From: Paramoeba atlantica | Lineage: Eukaryota; Protista; Discosea | NCBI GenBank assembly: GCA_977017575.1 | Contig: CDRNVI010000037.1 | Span: 186,001-250,000 of the forward strand | Reading direction: 5' to 3' | Length of the DNA stretch: 64,000 nt | Shown: piece after piece, positions 54,533 through 64,000 of the stretch | Position numbering within the stretch: the stretch's first letter is position 1 | Layout: each line of letters opens with the position of its first letter | Translations under genes and position numbers: made by a program | The notes under the pieces: generated by a model | What the model saw: only the letters and a program-made list of their open reading frames with translations | What the model was told of the DNA's origin: nothing | Databases searched by the model: none

Positions 54533-57500
54533 ATGATACGGAGACTGTTCACAAAAAATTCCGCAGAGCTGTTTCTCGGAAGCTCCAAACATCTTTTCTT
54601 GAGGAGACCCACCCAAGTTTCTTACACCTTTCTCTCGTCGTCGTCTTCCCGATCTTTTTCCTCCACTCTACCGCTTCAAGACTCGCCTAACCAAAGCGTT
54701 GGAGCACCTTCCCCATCTGCAGAAAAAGCAGCATCCCCTTCTCCCTCCTCCCCCTCCTTTTTTTCTAAACTTTTTACCCAAAAAGCAACCTCACGTAAAT
54801 CTTCAACCTCAAACTCAACCTCCCCCTCAACCACTACAACAAAGTCATCATCAAATCCACCTTCCCACACAACCACAAAAACACAATCCCCTCCCACAAC
54901 CTCCTCTACCCCCTCTCCTTCCTCTACCCCTAACCCACCTGTCTCTACCCCCACCACACCCCCCTCCACCCCCTCTACCCCAACACAACCTCCTACTCCT
55001 TCTACTCCTACAGCTACAACCCCATCCCCCTCTACCCCATCACAACCTCCCTCCACTCCGCCTTCTCCTACCCCTACAGCTACTCCGCCTTCTACTCCTA
55101 CCCCTACCGCTACAACCCCATCAGGCTCTACCCGAACTACTACTACTACTACTACTACCCCATCAGGCTCTACCCCCCCAACACAACCTCCTTCTCCTAC
55201 CGCTACAACGACCACCCCACCGGTCTCCCCCCCTAACCCCTCTACCCCCACTCAAGCTCCTTCCCCTACCGCTACAACCCCATCCCCACCCCGCTCCACC
55301 CCCTCTACCCCATCACAACCTCCCTCCACTCCGCCTTCTCCCACCCCTACCGCTACAACCCCATCCCCCTCTACCCCCTCACAACCTTCTTCCACTACGC
55401 CTTCTACGCCTACAGCTACTCCGCCTTCTACTCCTACCGCTACAACGACCACCCCACCGGTCTCCCCCCCTAACCCCTCTACCCCTACTCAACCTCCTTC
55501 CCCTACCGCCACAACGACCACCCCACCGGTCTCCCCCCCTCACCCCTCTACCCCTACTCAAGCTCCTACCCCTACCGCCACAACGACCACCCCACCGGTC
55601 TCTATCCCTCACCCCTCTACTCCTACAGCTACTCCGCCTTCCCCTACCGCTACAACGACCACCCCACCGGTCTCCCCCCCTAACCCCTCTACCCCTACTC
55701 AAGCTTCTCCTACCGCCACAACCCCATCGGTCCCCCCACCGGTCTCCCCTCCCTCCCCCTACCCCATCATCGACCACACCTTCGACGCCGTCGTCGTGGG
55801 GGCCGGTGGGGGGGGTCTCCGTGCCGCCGCTGGCATCGCCTCCGCGGGCTACGACGTCGCGTGCCTCACCAAACTCTACCCCAGCCGCTCTCACACCATC
55901 GCCGCCCAGGGGGGGCTCAACGCCGCCCTGGCCAACACCGCGGACGACGACTGGCGCTGGCACATGTACGACACCGTGAAGGGCTCGGACTGGCTCGGGG
56001 ACCAGGACGCGATCCAGTACATGTGCCAGGAGGCCCCCGCGGTGGTGGGGGAGCTGGAGGCGATGGGGATGCCCTTCCTGCGCACCCCCCAGGGGCTCGT
56101 CTTCCAGCGCCCCTTCGGCGGCCAGGCCACGCACTACGGCCAAGGGGGGCAGGCCCGGCGGACGTGCGCGGCCAGCGACCGCACAGGGCACGCCATGCTG
56201 CATATTTTGTACGGGCAGAGTTTCCAACACGGGGTGAGTTTCTTTAATGAGTACTTCGCGCTGGATGTGATGATGGATGGCGCGGGGGCGTGCCGCGGGG
56301 TGGTGGCGATGGCGATTGAGGATGGCACGGTGCATCGGTTCCGGGCGAAGTACACGGTGCTGGCGACCGGGGGGTACGGCCGGGCGTACTTTACGTGCAC
56401 CAGTGCGAAGAGCTGTACGGGGGATGGGACCGCGATGGTGGCGCGTGCGGGGTTGCCGTGTCAGGATATGGAGTTCGTGCAGTTCCACCCGACGGGGATT
56501 TATGGCCCGGGGGTGTTGATGACGGAGGGGTGTCGAGGGGAGGGGGGGTATTTGTTAAACGCGGAGGGGGAGCGTTTTATGCAGCGCTACGCCCCAAAGG
56601 CGCAGGACCTCGCGAGCCGGGACGTCGTGAGTCGTGCGATAACGATGGAAATTTTGGCCGGCCGCGGGTGTGGGCCGAAAAAGGATCACGTGTTGCTGCA
56701 GCTGCACCACCTGGACCCGGAGCTGCTCGGGGAGCGGCTTCCGGGGATTATGGAGAGCGCCAAGACGTTTGCTGGGGTGGATGTGACCACCCAGCCCGTC
56801 CCAGTCGTCCCTACGGTGCACTACACCATGGGAGGCGTCCCCACGCTGTGGACCGGGGAGGCGGTGTGTCCTCGAGGGGGGAACCCGGATGCGATTGTCC
56901 CCGGGCTGCTCTCGGCGGGGGAGGCGGCCTGTGCGAGTGTTCACGGGGCCAACCGCCTCGGCGCGAACTCGCTGCTCGATATTGTCGTGTTTGGTAAGTC
57001 CTGTGCGAACACGGTGGTGTTTAACCTCGCAAAGGAGGGAAGGGCACAGCCGCCGTTGGAGGAGGGTATGGGGCAGGAGAGTGTCGCGGCGCTGCATCGG
57101 ATTTTGCACAACCCGAAAGGGGAGATTCCAACCGCCCGGCTTCGGGAGCGGTTGAAAAATGCCATGTCGCTGTATGCGGCCGTGTTCCGCACCGAGGAGA
57201 CGATGAAAAAAGGGCTCAAGATTGTCCAGGAGTGTGTGCAGGATTTCGACCACGTGTTGGTGCACGACAAGAGCCCCGTGTGGAACAGTAACCTCGTCGA
57301 GACCCTGGAGCTGCGTAACTTGTTGTGCAACGCGTTGCTTACGATAGCCAGTGCGTTGAACCGCCCAGAGAGCCGTGGGGCGCACGCACGGGATGACTTC
57401 CCGGACAGGGATGACACCAATTGGATGAAACACACGCTGTGCTATTGGAGGGATCCAGTGATGTCGCGTGAGGCGCCGCAGGAAAAACGTGTCCCGCACG

Positions 57501-57583
57501 TGGATCTGTGTTACCGACCGGTGCACCTCTCGACGTTGAGTAATGAGGTGGAGACCGTACCCCCGATGAAGCGGGTGTACTAA
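54533..57583 (+). CDS. SDH1: Succinate dehydrogenase flavoprotein with ~360-aa T/P/S-rich extension
   Basis: FAD motif [15 protein letters not shown], covalent-FAD [47 protein letters not shown]; mitochondrial presequence-like N-terminus. Confidence 0.95.
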   Translation: MIRRLFTKNSAELFLGSSKHLFLRRPTQVSYTFLSSSSSRSFSSTLPLQDSPNQSVGAPSPSAEKAASPSPSSPSFFSKLFTQKATSRKSSTSNSTSPSTTTTKSSSNPPSHTTTKTQSPPTTSSTPSPSSTPNPPVSTPTTPPSTPSTPTQPPTPSTPTATTPSPSTPSQPPSTPPSPTPTATPPSTPTPTATTPSGSTRTTTTTTTTPSGSTPPTQPPSPTATTTTPPVSPPNPSTPTQAPSPTATTPSPPRSTPSTPSQPPSTPPSPTPTATTPSPSTPSQPSSTTPSTPTATPPSTPTATTTTPPVSPPNPSTPTQPPSPTATTTTPPVSPPHPSTPTQAPTPTATTTTPPVSIPHPSTPTATPPSPTATTTTPPVSPPNPSTPTQASPTATTPSVPPPVSPPSPYPIIDHTFDAVVVGAGGGGLRAAAGIASAGYDVACLTKLYPSRSHTIAAQGGLNAALANTADDDWRWHMYDTVKGSDWLGDQDAIQYMCQEAPAVVGELEAMGMPFLRTPQGLVFQRPFGGQATHYGQGGQARRTCAASDRTGHAMLHILYGQSFQHGVSFFNEYFALDVMMDGAGACRGVVAMAIEDGTVHRFRAKYTVLATGGYGRAYFTCTSAKSCTGDGTAMVARAGLPCQDMEFVQFHPTGIYGPGVLMTEGCRGEGGYLLNAEGERFMQRYAPKAQDLASRDVVSRAITMEILAGRGCGPKKDHVLLQLHHLDPELLGERLPGIMESAKTFAGVDVTTQPVPVVPTVHYTMGGVPTLWTGEAVCPRGGNPDAIVPGLLSAGEAACASVHGANRLGANSLLDIVVFGKSCANTVVFNLAKEGRAQPPLEEGMGQESVAALHRILHNPKGEIPTARLRERLKNAMSLYAAVFRTEETMKKGLKIVQECVQDFDHVLVHDKSPVWNSNLVETLELRNLLCNALLTIASALNRPESRGAHARDDFPDRDDTNWMKHTLCYWRDPVMSREAPQEKRVPHVDLCYRPVHLSTLSNEVETVPPMKRVY

Positions 57584-58032
57584 GGTGTAGTTTTTAATAA
57601 AGAGACGAAAGAGACTTGTAAGTCTCTAGAACAAGAAACAGTTTTTTTGGGGTGTACCTCAGAAATCCCATGTGAGTTTAAGGTATAATGAGTGGGTTTG
57701 TGTACTTTCTTTTAACTCGTATTGAATTACAGTAGTGTCCCACCTTATAGAAAAGAATAGTCCCCTTGAAACGCTTTCAACAAAAACATATCCTTTATCC
57801 TGTAAAACAGCATACGGTATGAGAAACAGTCCTGAATTATGTATAACGCATATATAGTTTCCACTTTTCCTTAGTCCCTCTCTAATTTTCTTATTATTGG
57901 CTTTCCTTTCAACAAACAATCCCCCATTTTTGAGGGAAACCTTCTTGAATCCATTTCGCATACGTTTTGTAATCCCAAGTCATTTGTTCCAACCAACTCA
58001 GTCTTTTCTTTTCTCTACCCACATCTATCCGT

Positions 58033-58596
58033 ATGCCTCCTCGTTCCGAGGCCGATGATGATGAATGGGAGGGCTCTGTCCACAGTGACACTGCCGCCTA
58101 TGAAGACGACGGCGTACTAGACGAGGACAATACCTATTACGATTCTCCCGAGCTCACCTCCGCTGACGAGAACGAATCGTTGGAGGAGAACCCCCCAATG
58201 GCCATTGAATTGGAGGAGAGCCACCGGACAGTTGTCTCCTCTAGCGCAGCAGAGATGAGTTCTGCCGACACTCACGATCCACAAGCCCTACAAGTGGATC
58301 CTCCTTCTAGGAGAAAAAAAGAACGTGTGACGACTCCCTTTCTAACACGTTATGAGCGGGCTCGGGTGCTTGGGACCCGGGCGTTGCAGATTAGTATGAA
58401 TGCCCCGATACTCGTTCCTTTGGAAGGAGAGATGGATCCGCTGCAAATAGCACTCAAGGAGCTACAGCGAAAAGTGATTCCTATTATTATCCGTCGTCAC
58501 TTGCCGGATGGCTCGCATGAGGATTGGCCATTGTCTGAGTTACATGTGGACATGGAGCGGACTCTTGATGATCGATACAAACCGCCTCCGTTGTAG
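58033..58596 (+). CDS. RPB6: DNA-directed RNA polymerase subunit RPB6 (RPABC2)
   Basis: [28 protein letters not shown]...[10 protein letters not shown]...[17 protein letters not shown]. Confidence 0.96.
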   Translation: MPPRSEADDDEWEGSVHSDTAAYEDDGVLDEDNTYYDSPELTSADENESLEENPPMAIELEESHRTVVSSSAAEMSSADTHDPQALQVDPPSRRKKERVTTPFLTRYERARVLGTRALQISMNAPILVPLEGEMDPLQIALKELQRKVIPIIIRRHLPDGSHEDWPLSELHVDMERTLDDRYKPPPL

Positions 58597-58904
58597 AGAT
58601 TAAAGCAATGCTTTTCGAAATGTTCTCATGTAGTTACTCCTCCTCTCATTTACAGCCATAACTCTTTCAAAACGTTAGCTTATAAAAATTGAAAAGGGAA
58701 TATGATACTGTGGCTCTCTGTTATTAATACAATCCTCACGTTTTTCATTCTTTATCCGGTTCGTTAAACATACTGACGCTGCGCGCTTCGCGTTGAAAAC
58801 TACCTCGGCGTTAAACGATTCGGATAGCATTTTATCCACCTCGTTACGACGCACCAGTGATCTGGTGGAAACGGGTTATTCTTTTTTTGCTTCAACGGTA
58901 ATAC

Positions 58905-58995
58905 GGAATTTAGTGAAATTAGGTGGAATTTTATGGATCTTCAAGGAGCCATATCATGGCATCATATTCCACTGAGTGTTCAAATCTTCGTTTTG
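58905..58995 (+). pseudogene. Small fragment of the 33.7/35.1-kb LRR subfamily
   Basis: GAAATTAGGTGGAATTTTATGGATCTTCAAGGAGCCATATCATGGCATCATATTCC matches ~33918-33990. Confidence 0.7.
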
Positions 58996-59083
58996 AGTGC
59001 GTACTACGGCATAAAAAGAATACTAAAGAATAAGAAGAGTCAAACAAAAAGGGAGTACATACAGCAGCTGTATGTTCAATTTA

Positions 59084-59154
59084 AACAGGGGTCCGGTTTA
59101 GCATACCTGTGACCTCGTACAATACCGGGGGGTACGCTAAACCGGACCCCCGTT
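59084..59154. mobile_element. 71-bp mini-MITE
   Basis: TA-AACAGGGGTCCGGTTTAGC...GCTAAACCGGACCCCCGTT-TA. Confidence 0.7.
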
Positions 59155-59371
59155 TATTTTGTTAATCGTTGTTATAACGAAACCGCATTTTCGAACCTTT
59201 ACTGCAATTATCTACATTCAACCTCACTTTTAAAAGGGAAGTATTATGATTTGGTTTTCATGCTCGCTTTGAGTCCTCTAAAAACAGGGGAAATTACTCA
59301 GAAAAAAAAGAAATGGTTTTTAAGGGCTCACTTTTAAAACGAATGACAAAGTCTGATGCGTGTATCACGGA

Positions 59372-61738
59372 ATGGTAGACTCTCGTTTGAATACCACTTT
59401 ATCGGAAAAGCAGTACGCTACTGTTGTGCACGACACTCTGGAGCATCTTTCTCGGTCATTAAAGAAAGGTTTATGTCGTCGTCCCCTCCAAGTTGAGCTA
59501 CATGTAGCGAAATGTACGCGTGCACTACGAGGTTTCGACTGTTCGCTTCAACATCTCTGGGCATCGCGGCCTTGGCTTCTGTACTGGTGTATGCATACGT
59601 TGGATCTGCTGGACGCGCTTCCTGGTGCCTTTATAGACACTATTTTGGAAAGTATACTACATTCGCATATTGAACAAAAGCGCGAGAACAGAGTGCAAGT
59701 GCTCACTAATGATAGTCCTATCGAAGAAAGGTGCAGTAGGCCAAACAAAGGAGCAGAAACTGGTCCTCATACAATAGGTTTACTTTTGACATATGGCTCT
59801 TCAGATTCCGATGGTTTGGCCAAAAGAAGGGAACCAACAGATACACCGATTGTTGATCTAGAGTTCCTAAAATCACACACAATGAACGCTCGCATGAAGC
59901 TTTCTTATTTGTCTCGACTTATTAATGAACTAAAATTGGATATCCTTCCAGCGACAAACTATCTCCAATTTTTTTGCACTACGTGTGGGTATACGAATAA
60001 AACGTTTAGAATTGAGGTACCGCATCAATATACTTCGCGTGAAAGCACTATTTTCTTCACCGAAAATCATGTTACACAAACCACTTTTCCGACTGAGCAT
60101 GGAACTTGTATAGATGAAACCGATGTGTTTGTCCTATCTCAAGTTCCCACGACCCAGGAGACTCATCTCGAAAATCCTGCACAATACCTTCTCCGATATT
60201 TTATTACGGTACACGCCTCCCATGGCCACTGGAATCCCAGCTGTAGCCAATTTCAACAAGTACAACCCTCTCGTGCAGATCTCCTCACGTTTGTAAAATC
60301 CTGCTTTAGGTATCATGAAGGAGAAGAAGATATTGAATCTTTTTCCGTGCACGATTTCGCAAATAACGCCAGGAAAAATCCTACAGAAAGCGACGATGGG
60401 AAAAAGCAGTGTTCTCAATCTTGTCCATTCAAAAGTCGTTCTATGGAGGTATCGAGCGAGGAGCCTATTTTACGAGAAAAACATAAATTTCATGTTCCTG
60501 TTTCGGCAGAACTTTCCGACTCTTCACGTGGAAAATCCGGAGGTTATGGCGGTGGACCGCAGCAAATTCCCCATTTAGCCTCTTCGTTTGCAGCGGTTTG
60601 CGTTTTGCTCCTTCTAGGGGGCTCGGGTTACTCCGAGGCGTACGACTCGATTGATCGTGACGCAATGACAAAATGGATCTCCTCGCTACGTCAGTCGGAC
60701 GGGTCGTTTCGCATGCATGTAGGAGGGGAAGTGGATCTGCGAGCGAGTTACTGTGCTCTTGCCATCGGAGCCCTTCTTAATTTGTCCTACACCGAAGTGA
60801 CAGGGGGGAGGAAGACTGAGGTGAGTTCTGCACATATGGGACTTGAGAGTATGGGTTCAAAACATAAAAACCAAAAAAGTGGAGCACGCCAACCTGTATC
60901 TCTGGTTGAGCATTTTATTCTGCAATGCCAAAGTTATGAAGGAGGGTTTGGATGTACCCCATTCGACGAGGCCCATGGGGGCTACACGTACTGTGCACTG
61001 TCTTCCTTGGTCCTTTTGCATGTTCAATGGGACCGTATGCATGCAACGCCTTTAGATCATGACACAACTATAAACTTTCTCACTCTCACACGGTGGATTG
61101 TGTCCCGTCAATCTCCCTTTCCTTTACCTTCTCCCACGTTTCTTGGAGGCCTGAATGGCAGAACAAATAAACTCGTGGATTCCTGCTACACATTTTGGGT
61201 GGGATCGCTACCGCCCCTACGCGCTGCCTTGTTACACATGTCGAGAAAATTTGAACACAAAGTCAACGGTGGGGAGTATGATACAACCCTTTTAGCTTCC
61301 ATTTTTGACTTTTTGCAGCTCGGCCATCCCACAACACAGAGATCTACCGCTGTAGCAACCCCTCAAACGCCTTCCTCTTCTTCCTCCCTCTCGTCTACTT
61401 CGGATCCTCCGTCCCCCTTACTTCTCCCCTCGTTCTGGAACACTGATCGGTTACTTGACTACGTGCTCCTGGGGTGCCAAGATTTAAACGAGGGAGGGTT
61501 CTGGGATACTCCGGGCTCGGAGACGGATTACTACCACACATGTTATGCCTTAAGTGGGCTCTCCGTAGTGCTGGGGTATGCCTCCCTTCAGCAGTCCGGA
61601 GGTCCCACTCACGAGGAGGGTTTGCCCGCTTTAAATTGCGACGTGAATCCGCTGTTTAATTTACGTCGTTGTCGTGTCGCGCAGGCACGCAAGTACTTTG
61701 ACAATCGTAAGGGAAAAGGACGGAAAACGAATTCGTAG
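59372..61738 (+). CDS. FNTB: Protein farnesyltransferase beta subunit with large insertions
   Basis: SRPWLLYW, GGYGGGPQQIPHLA, GGEVDLRASYCA, EAHGGYTYCA, GRTNKLVDSCYTFW, D(T)PG..DYYHTCYALSGLS. Confidence 0.92.
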   Translation: MVDSRLNTTLSEKQYATVVHDTLEHLSRSLKKGLCRRPLQVELHVAKCTRALRGFDCSLQHLWASRPWLLYWCMHTLDLLDALPGAFIDTILESILHSHIEQKRENRVQVLTNDSPIEERCSRPNKGAETGPHTIGLLLTYGSSDSDGLAKRREPTDTPIVDLEFLKSHTMNARMKLSYLSRLINELKLDILPATNYLQFFCTTCGYTNKTFRIEVPHQYTSRESTIFFTENHVTQTTFPTEHGTCIDETDVFVLSQVPTTQETHLENPAQYLLRYFITVHASHGHWNPSCSQFQQVQPSRADLLTFVKSCFRYHEGEEDIESFSVHDFANNARKNPTESDDGKKQCSQSCPFKSRSMEVSSEEPILREKHKFHVPVSAELSDSSRGKSGGYGGGPQQIPHLASSFAAVCVLLLLGGSGYSEAYDSIDRDAMTKWISSLRQSDGSFRMHVGGEVDLRASYCALAIGALLNLSYTEVTGGRKTEVSSAHMGLESMGSKHKNQKSGARQPVSLVEHFILQCQSYEGGFGCTPFDEAHGGYTYCALSSLVLLHVQWDRMHATPLDHDTTINFLTLTRWIVSRQSPFPLPSPTFLGGLNGRTNKLVDSCYTFWVGSLPPLRAALLHMSRKFEHKVNGGEYDTTLLASIFDFLQLGHPTTQRSTAVATPQTPSSSSSLSSTSDPPSPLLLPSFWNTDRLLDYVLLGCQDLNEGGFWDTPGSETDYYHTCYALSGLSVVLGYASLQQSGGPTHEEGLPALNCDVNPLFNLRRCRVAQARKYFDNRKGKGRKTNS

Positions 61739-61989
61739 ATTTCGTGTGAAAAGAAGTTTTTACTTTTAATTCGTGTTAGACTTCGAATCTGGAGTGTTGC
61801 CGTTTCGTAAGGAGTAGAGCTTTTGCTACGTACGACTTTTGAGCTTCACGTTAGTAGGGCTTCACGAAGTAGGGCGGATGTTTTCGGGCTTAACACTGCT
61901 TTCAATATTTAGTAAAATGCAATGGACCTAGGTGAAGATAAATTAAGGACGAAAATTATAAATTATATTCTCCTACAAAACTGCGTTAT

Positions 61990-63512
61990 CCATAGTCTAA
62001 CTAGTATTTTAGTACGTACTATAGTACGTACTATGAGATACTACTTTGGTGAGTGTATATTCTTGGAAAATAAGTTTCGCCGTAGTGGCCGCAATCTCTT
62101 TGATTTGTATAATATTTTATTTTCTCTTTGGGTTACAGTGGTATACGAATCATACATTCTGTATCATTCTTGTCTAAACCCCCTGTACAGTTATTATTCC
62201 ACTTTTTTTTTGTGGGATAATAAAAAAAGTGGAATAATAAATGAAAATTGAAATACCGTGCCGAACATAATTACGCCCAACTTACCGGTGAAACGGTTAT
62301 TAAAGATTAAAATAATTAAGGCAGAACGGGTTTAAAAATTAAGTATTGCCTTAATTAAAGTGGCGCTGATAAAAACTCAAAACAGGTCTTATTTAAATAT
62401 TGTCGTTTGTAGCATAAATATCACATTTCTGCTAAAGGTGCTCAATTTCTGATCATTTGTCATGTTTTCGAACTTTTCTAGACGAGCTTCGTCTGTTTCG
62501 CCTACCTTTACGGTCTTCAACCAATTCAACGTGTGAGAGAAAAGCTAAAACGATCATTGAAAGGAGAAGTCTGAGACAGAATCATGAAATTAATTTTTCC
62601 CTATTTCTTCCCCAAAATGACAAAAAATTAATTATTGTCTTAATTAAAGTTGCCTTAATTTTAATTACCCTTAATTGAAGTTTCTACGGTAATTACGCCC
62701 AAACTTAATTAGGCCCAAATGGGTTGGTCAGGCTGCGAGCCATCCCCCTCCGATGCCCTCTCCCCTCCAGGGTGAGGGGATCGCGGAAAATACCATGCCA
62801 AACATATTTATGTCCGCACGTGTATAAATACGTGTGCATTAATTCGTTTTTGGGCCCAACAAAAATAAATTATGTGCCCCAAAGGGCCAAGCACGCATAA
62901 ATGACTCCCAGCCCCGCGGCTAAATTTCAAAACGTAGACTCTTAGTGAGTGTTAGCATGCGTGCCCTTCATTACAGAGGTTGCAGCCCTTCAGCGTCGCA
63001 TGGTACACTACTTCAGTGCGATCTCTTTAATCGAAATTGTTAGGCAAACTGCATGAAGTACGGACTTTCGTACTAAGTACGGATAGTACGGTACTTAGTA
63101 TGTACTAGTACGGAATACGGGGTCCGTACTACGTTTAGTACGAAGTACCGTACTGCGGAGACGTATGTTTAAAGGTGGGAGGGCGATGGAAGATTAAAAG
63201 TTGGCACAGAAATCACCCTACATTTGGGAGCGAGGAACCAGGAATTATTCAATCGCTACGTGGGCCCCGGCGTTCTGCCAAAGTAAAATGTCCAGCACCA
63301 CCCCTCGCAAAAGTCCTCTATACTGTACTATGCCGATGCAAAATAGGTTGTTTCGTCTGCTTCGATCAAAAGTAAAAATAGGAGTGCCGCAATACCTGAG
63401 GAAAAAAAATTCCTTCCATTCCAAAAAAGTAGTATCTCATAGTACGTACTATAGTACGTACTAGTCGATTACTAGTATTTTAGTACGTACTAAAATACTA
63501 GTTAGACTATGG
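61990..63512. mobile_element. 1.5-kb non-coding TIR element flanked by TTAT (or GTTATC), with nested MITE 62285-62689
   Basis: CCATAGTCTAACTAGTATTTTAGTACGTACTA... / ...TAGTACGTACTAAAATACTAGTTAGACTATGG; GTAC-rich internal repeats. Confidence 0.75.
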
Positions 63513-63769
63513 TTATCATCTAAACGAATCAGCAGTATTTACAACTTTGTCTCACGCCGTTTATGGATTTTCTCTTGGTTTGGAGCCTTATTTACTTACA
63601 TCTTCTACACTTGACAAAGACTTTTTTTTGACAACATCCATCATACAATTTTTCTATGATCTTTTTACTTTGCAAACATCTTTCTTCTTCCCAATTTATA
63701 GCCCTTAACCGATTCTTAGTGCAAATACTTCTCTACTTTTTCTTCTGGCTACTACAACCTATCTCGAGA

Positions 63770-64000
63770 ATGCAATTTGTTTTGGATGCTGCGGATAGTG
63801 TACCTAAAGCGGCTCGGGTGCGTGGAGCATCCCTCCCGCAAGAATATGAGCTCTGTCGTGTCTTGCATAACATTTCAAGTCATCATCCCTCATGGACTAC
63901 AGAGACTCCCGCATGTAACTGGAAAGGTATAACATGTGACTCCAACCTGCAGGTCACTGAAATTAAGTGGAACCATATGAATCTTCAAGGCACCATATCA
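63770..64000 (+). CDS. LRR protein of the 33.7/35.1-kb subfamily, runs off window end
   Basis: MQFVLDAADSVPKAARVRGASLPQEYELCRVLHNISSHHPSWTTETPACNWKGITC... (manual translation). Confidence 0.85.
   Translation, partial: MQFVLDAADSVPKAARVRGASLPQEYELCRVLHNISSHHPSWTTETPACNWKGITCDSNLQVTEIKWNHMNLQGTIS

Noticed and set aside
54676-55979. Alternative-frame ORFs over the SDH1 repeat (V/G/E-rich minus; L/P/H-rich plus)
   Set aside because: Shadow frames of low-complexity C-rich sequence; only the SDH1 frame is continuous with a conserved domain.

Overview
Eukaryotic, intron-less genomic DNA whose protein-coding genes all lie on the + strand, like one polycistronic unit with polypyrimidine tracts ahead of ATGs. 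RPS12, SDH1 and farnesyltransferase-beta look kinetoplastid-type; a Perkinsela-like/early-branching kinetoplastid is my inference. The standard genetic code is used. Housekeeping genes (thioredoxin-fold protein, RPS12, DRG2, TRAP-gamma-like, RRM protein, SDH1, RPB6, FTase-beta, two RING proteins, a degenerate IDH/IPMDH-fold protein) are interspersed with about 16 copies or fragments of one short LRR gene family. DNA transposons are dense: three Merlin/IS1595 elements with 8-bp TSDs (one with an intact DDE ORF), several IS630-Tc1-mariner remnants and TA-flanked MITEs, a PIF/Harbinger transposase remnant, and a 1.5-kb TIR element flanked by TTAT. The most novel-looking signal is a non-coding ~590-bp element in two opposite-orientation copies (38653-39236 minus, 47850-48444 plus). 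It starts with a kinetoplastid spliced-leader-like exon plus its GT donor, is built of hairpins whose stems are conserved while loops vary, ends in an A-tail, and has inserted into an LRR gene next to an SL-like microhomology: a candidate SL-RNA-derived SINE/retroposon. Other oddities are a ~360-aa Thr/Pro/Ser repeat extension on SDH1, C-to-G skew flips centred inside GC-rich genes, a 2-kb 59/67-bp palindrome-rich satellite, and an 84-bp near-perfect foldback.
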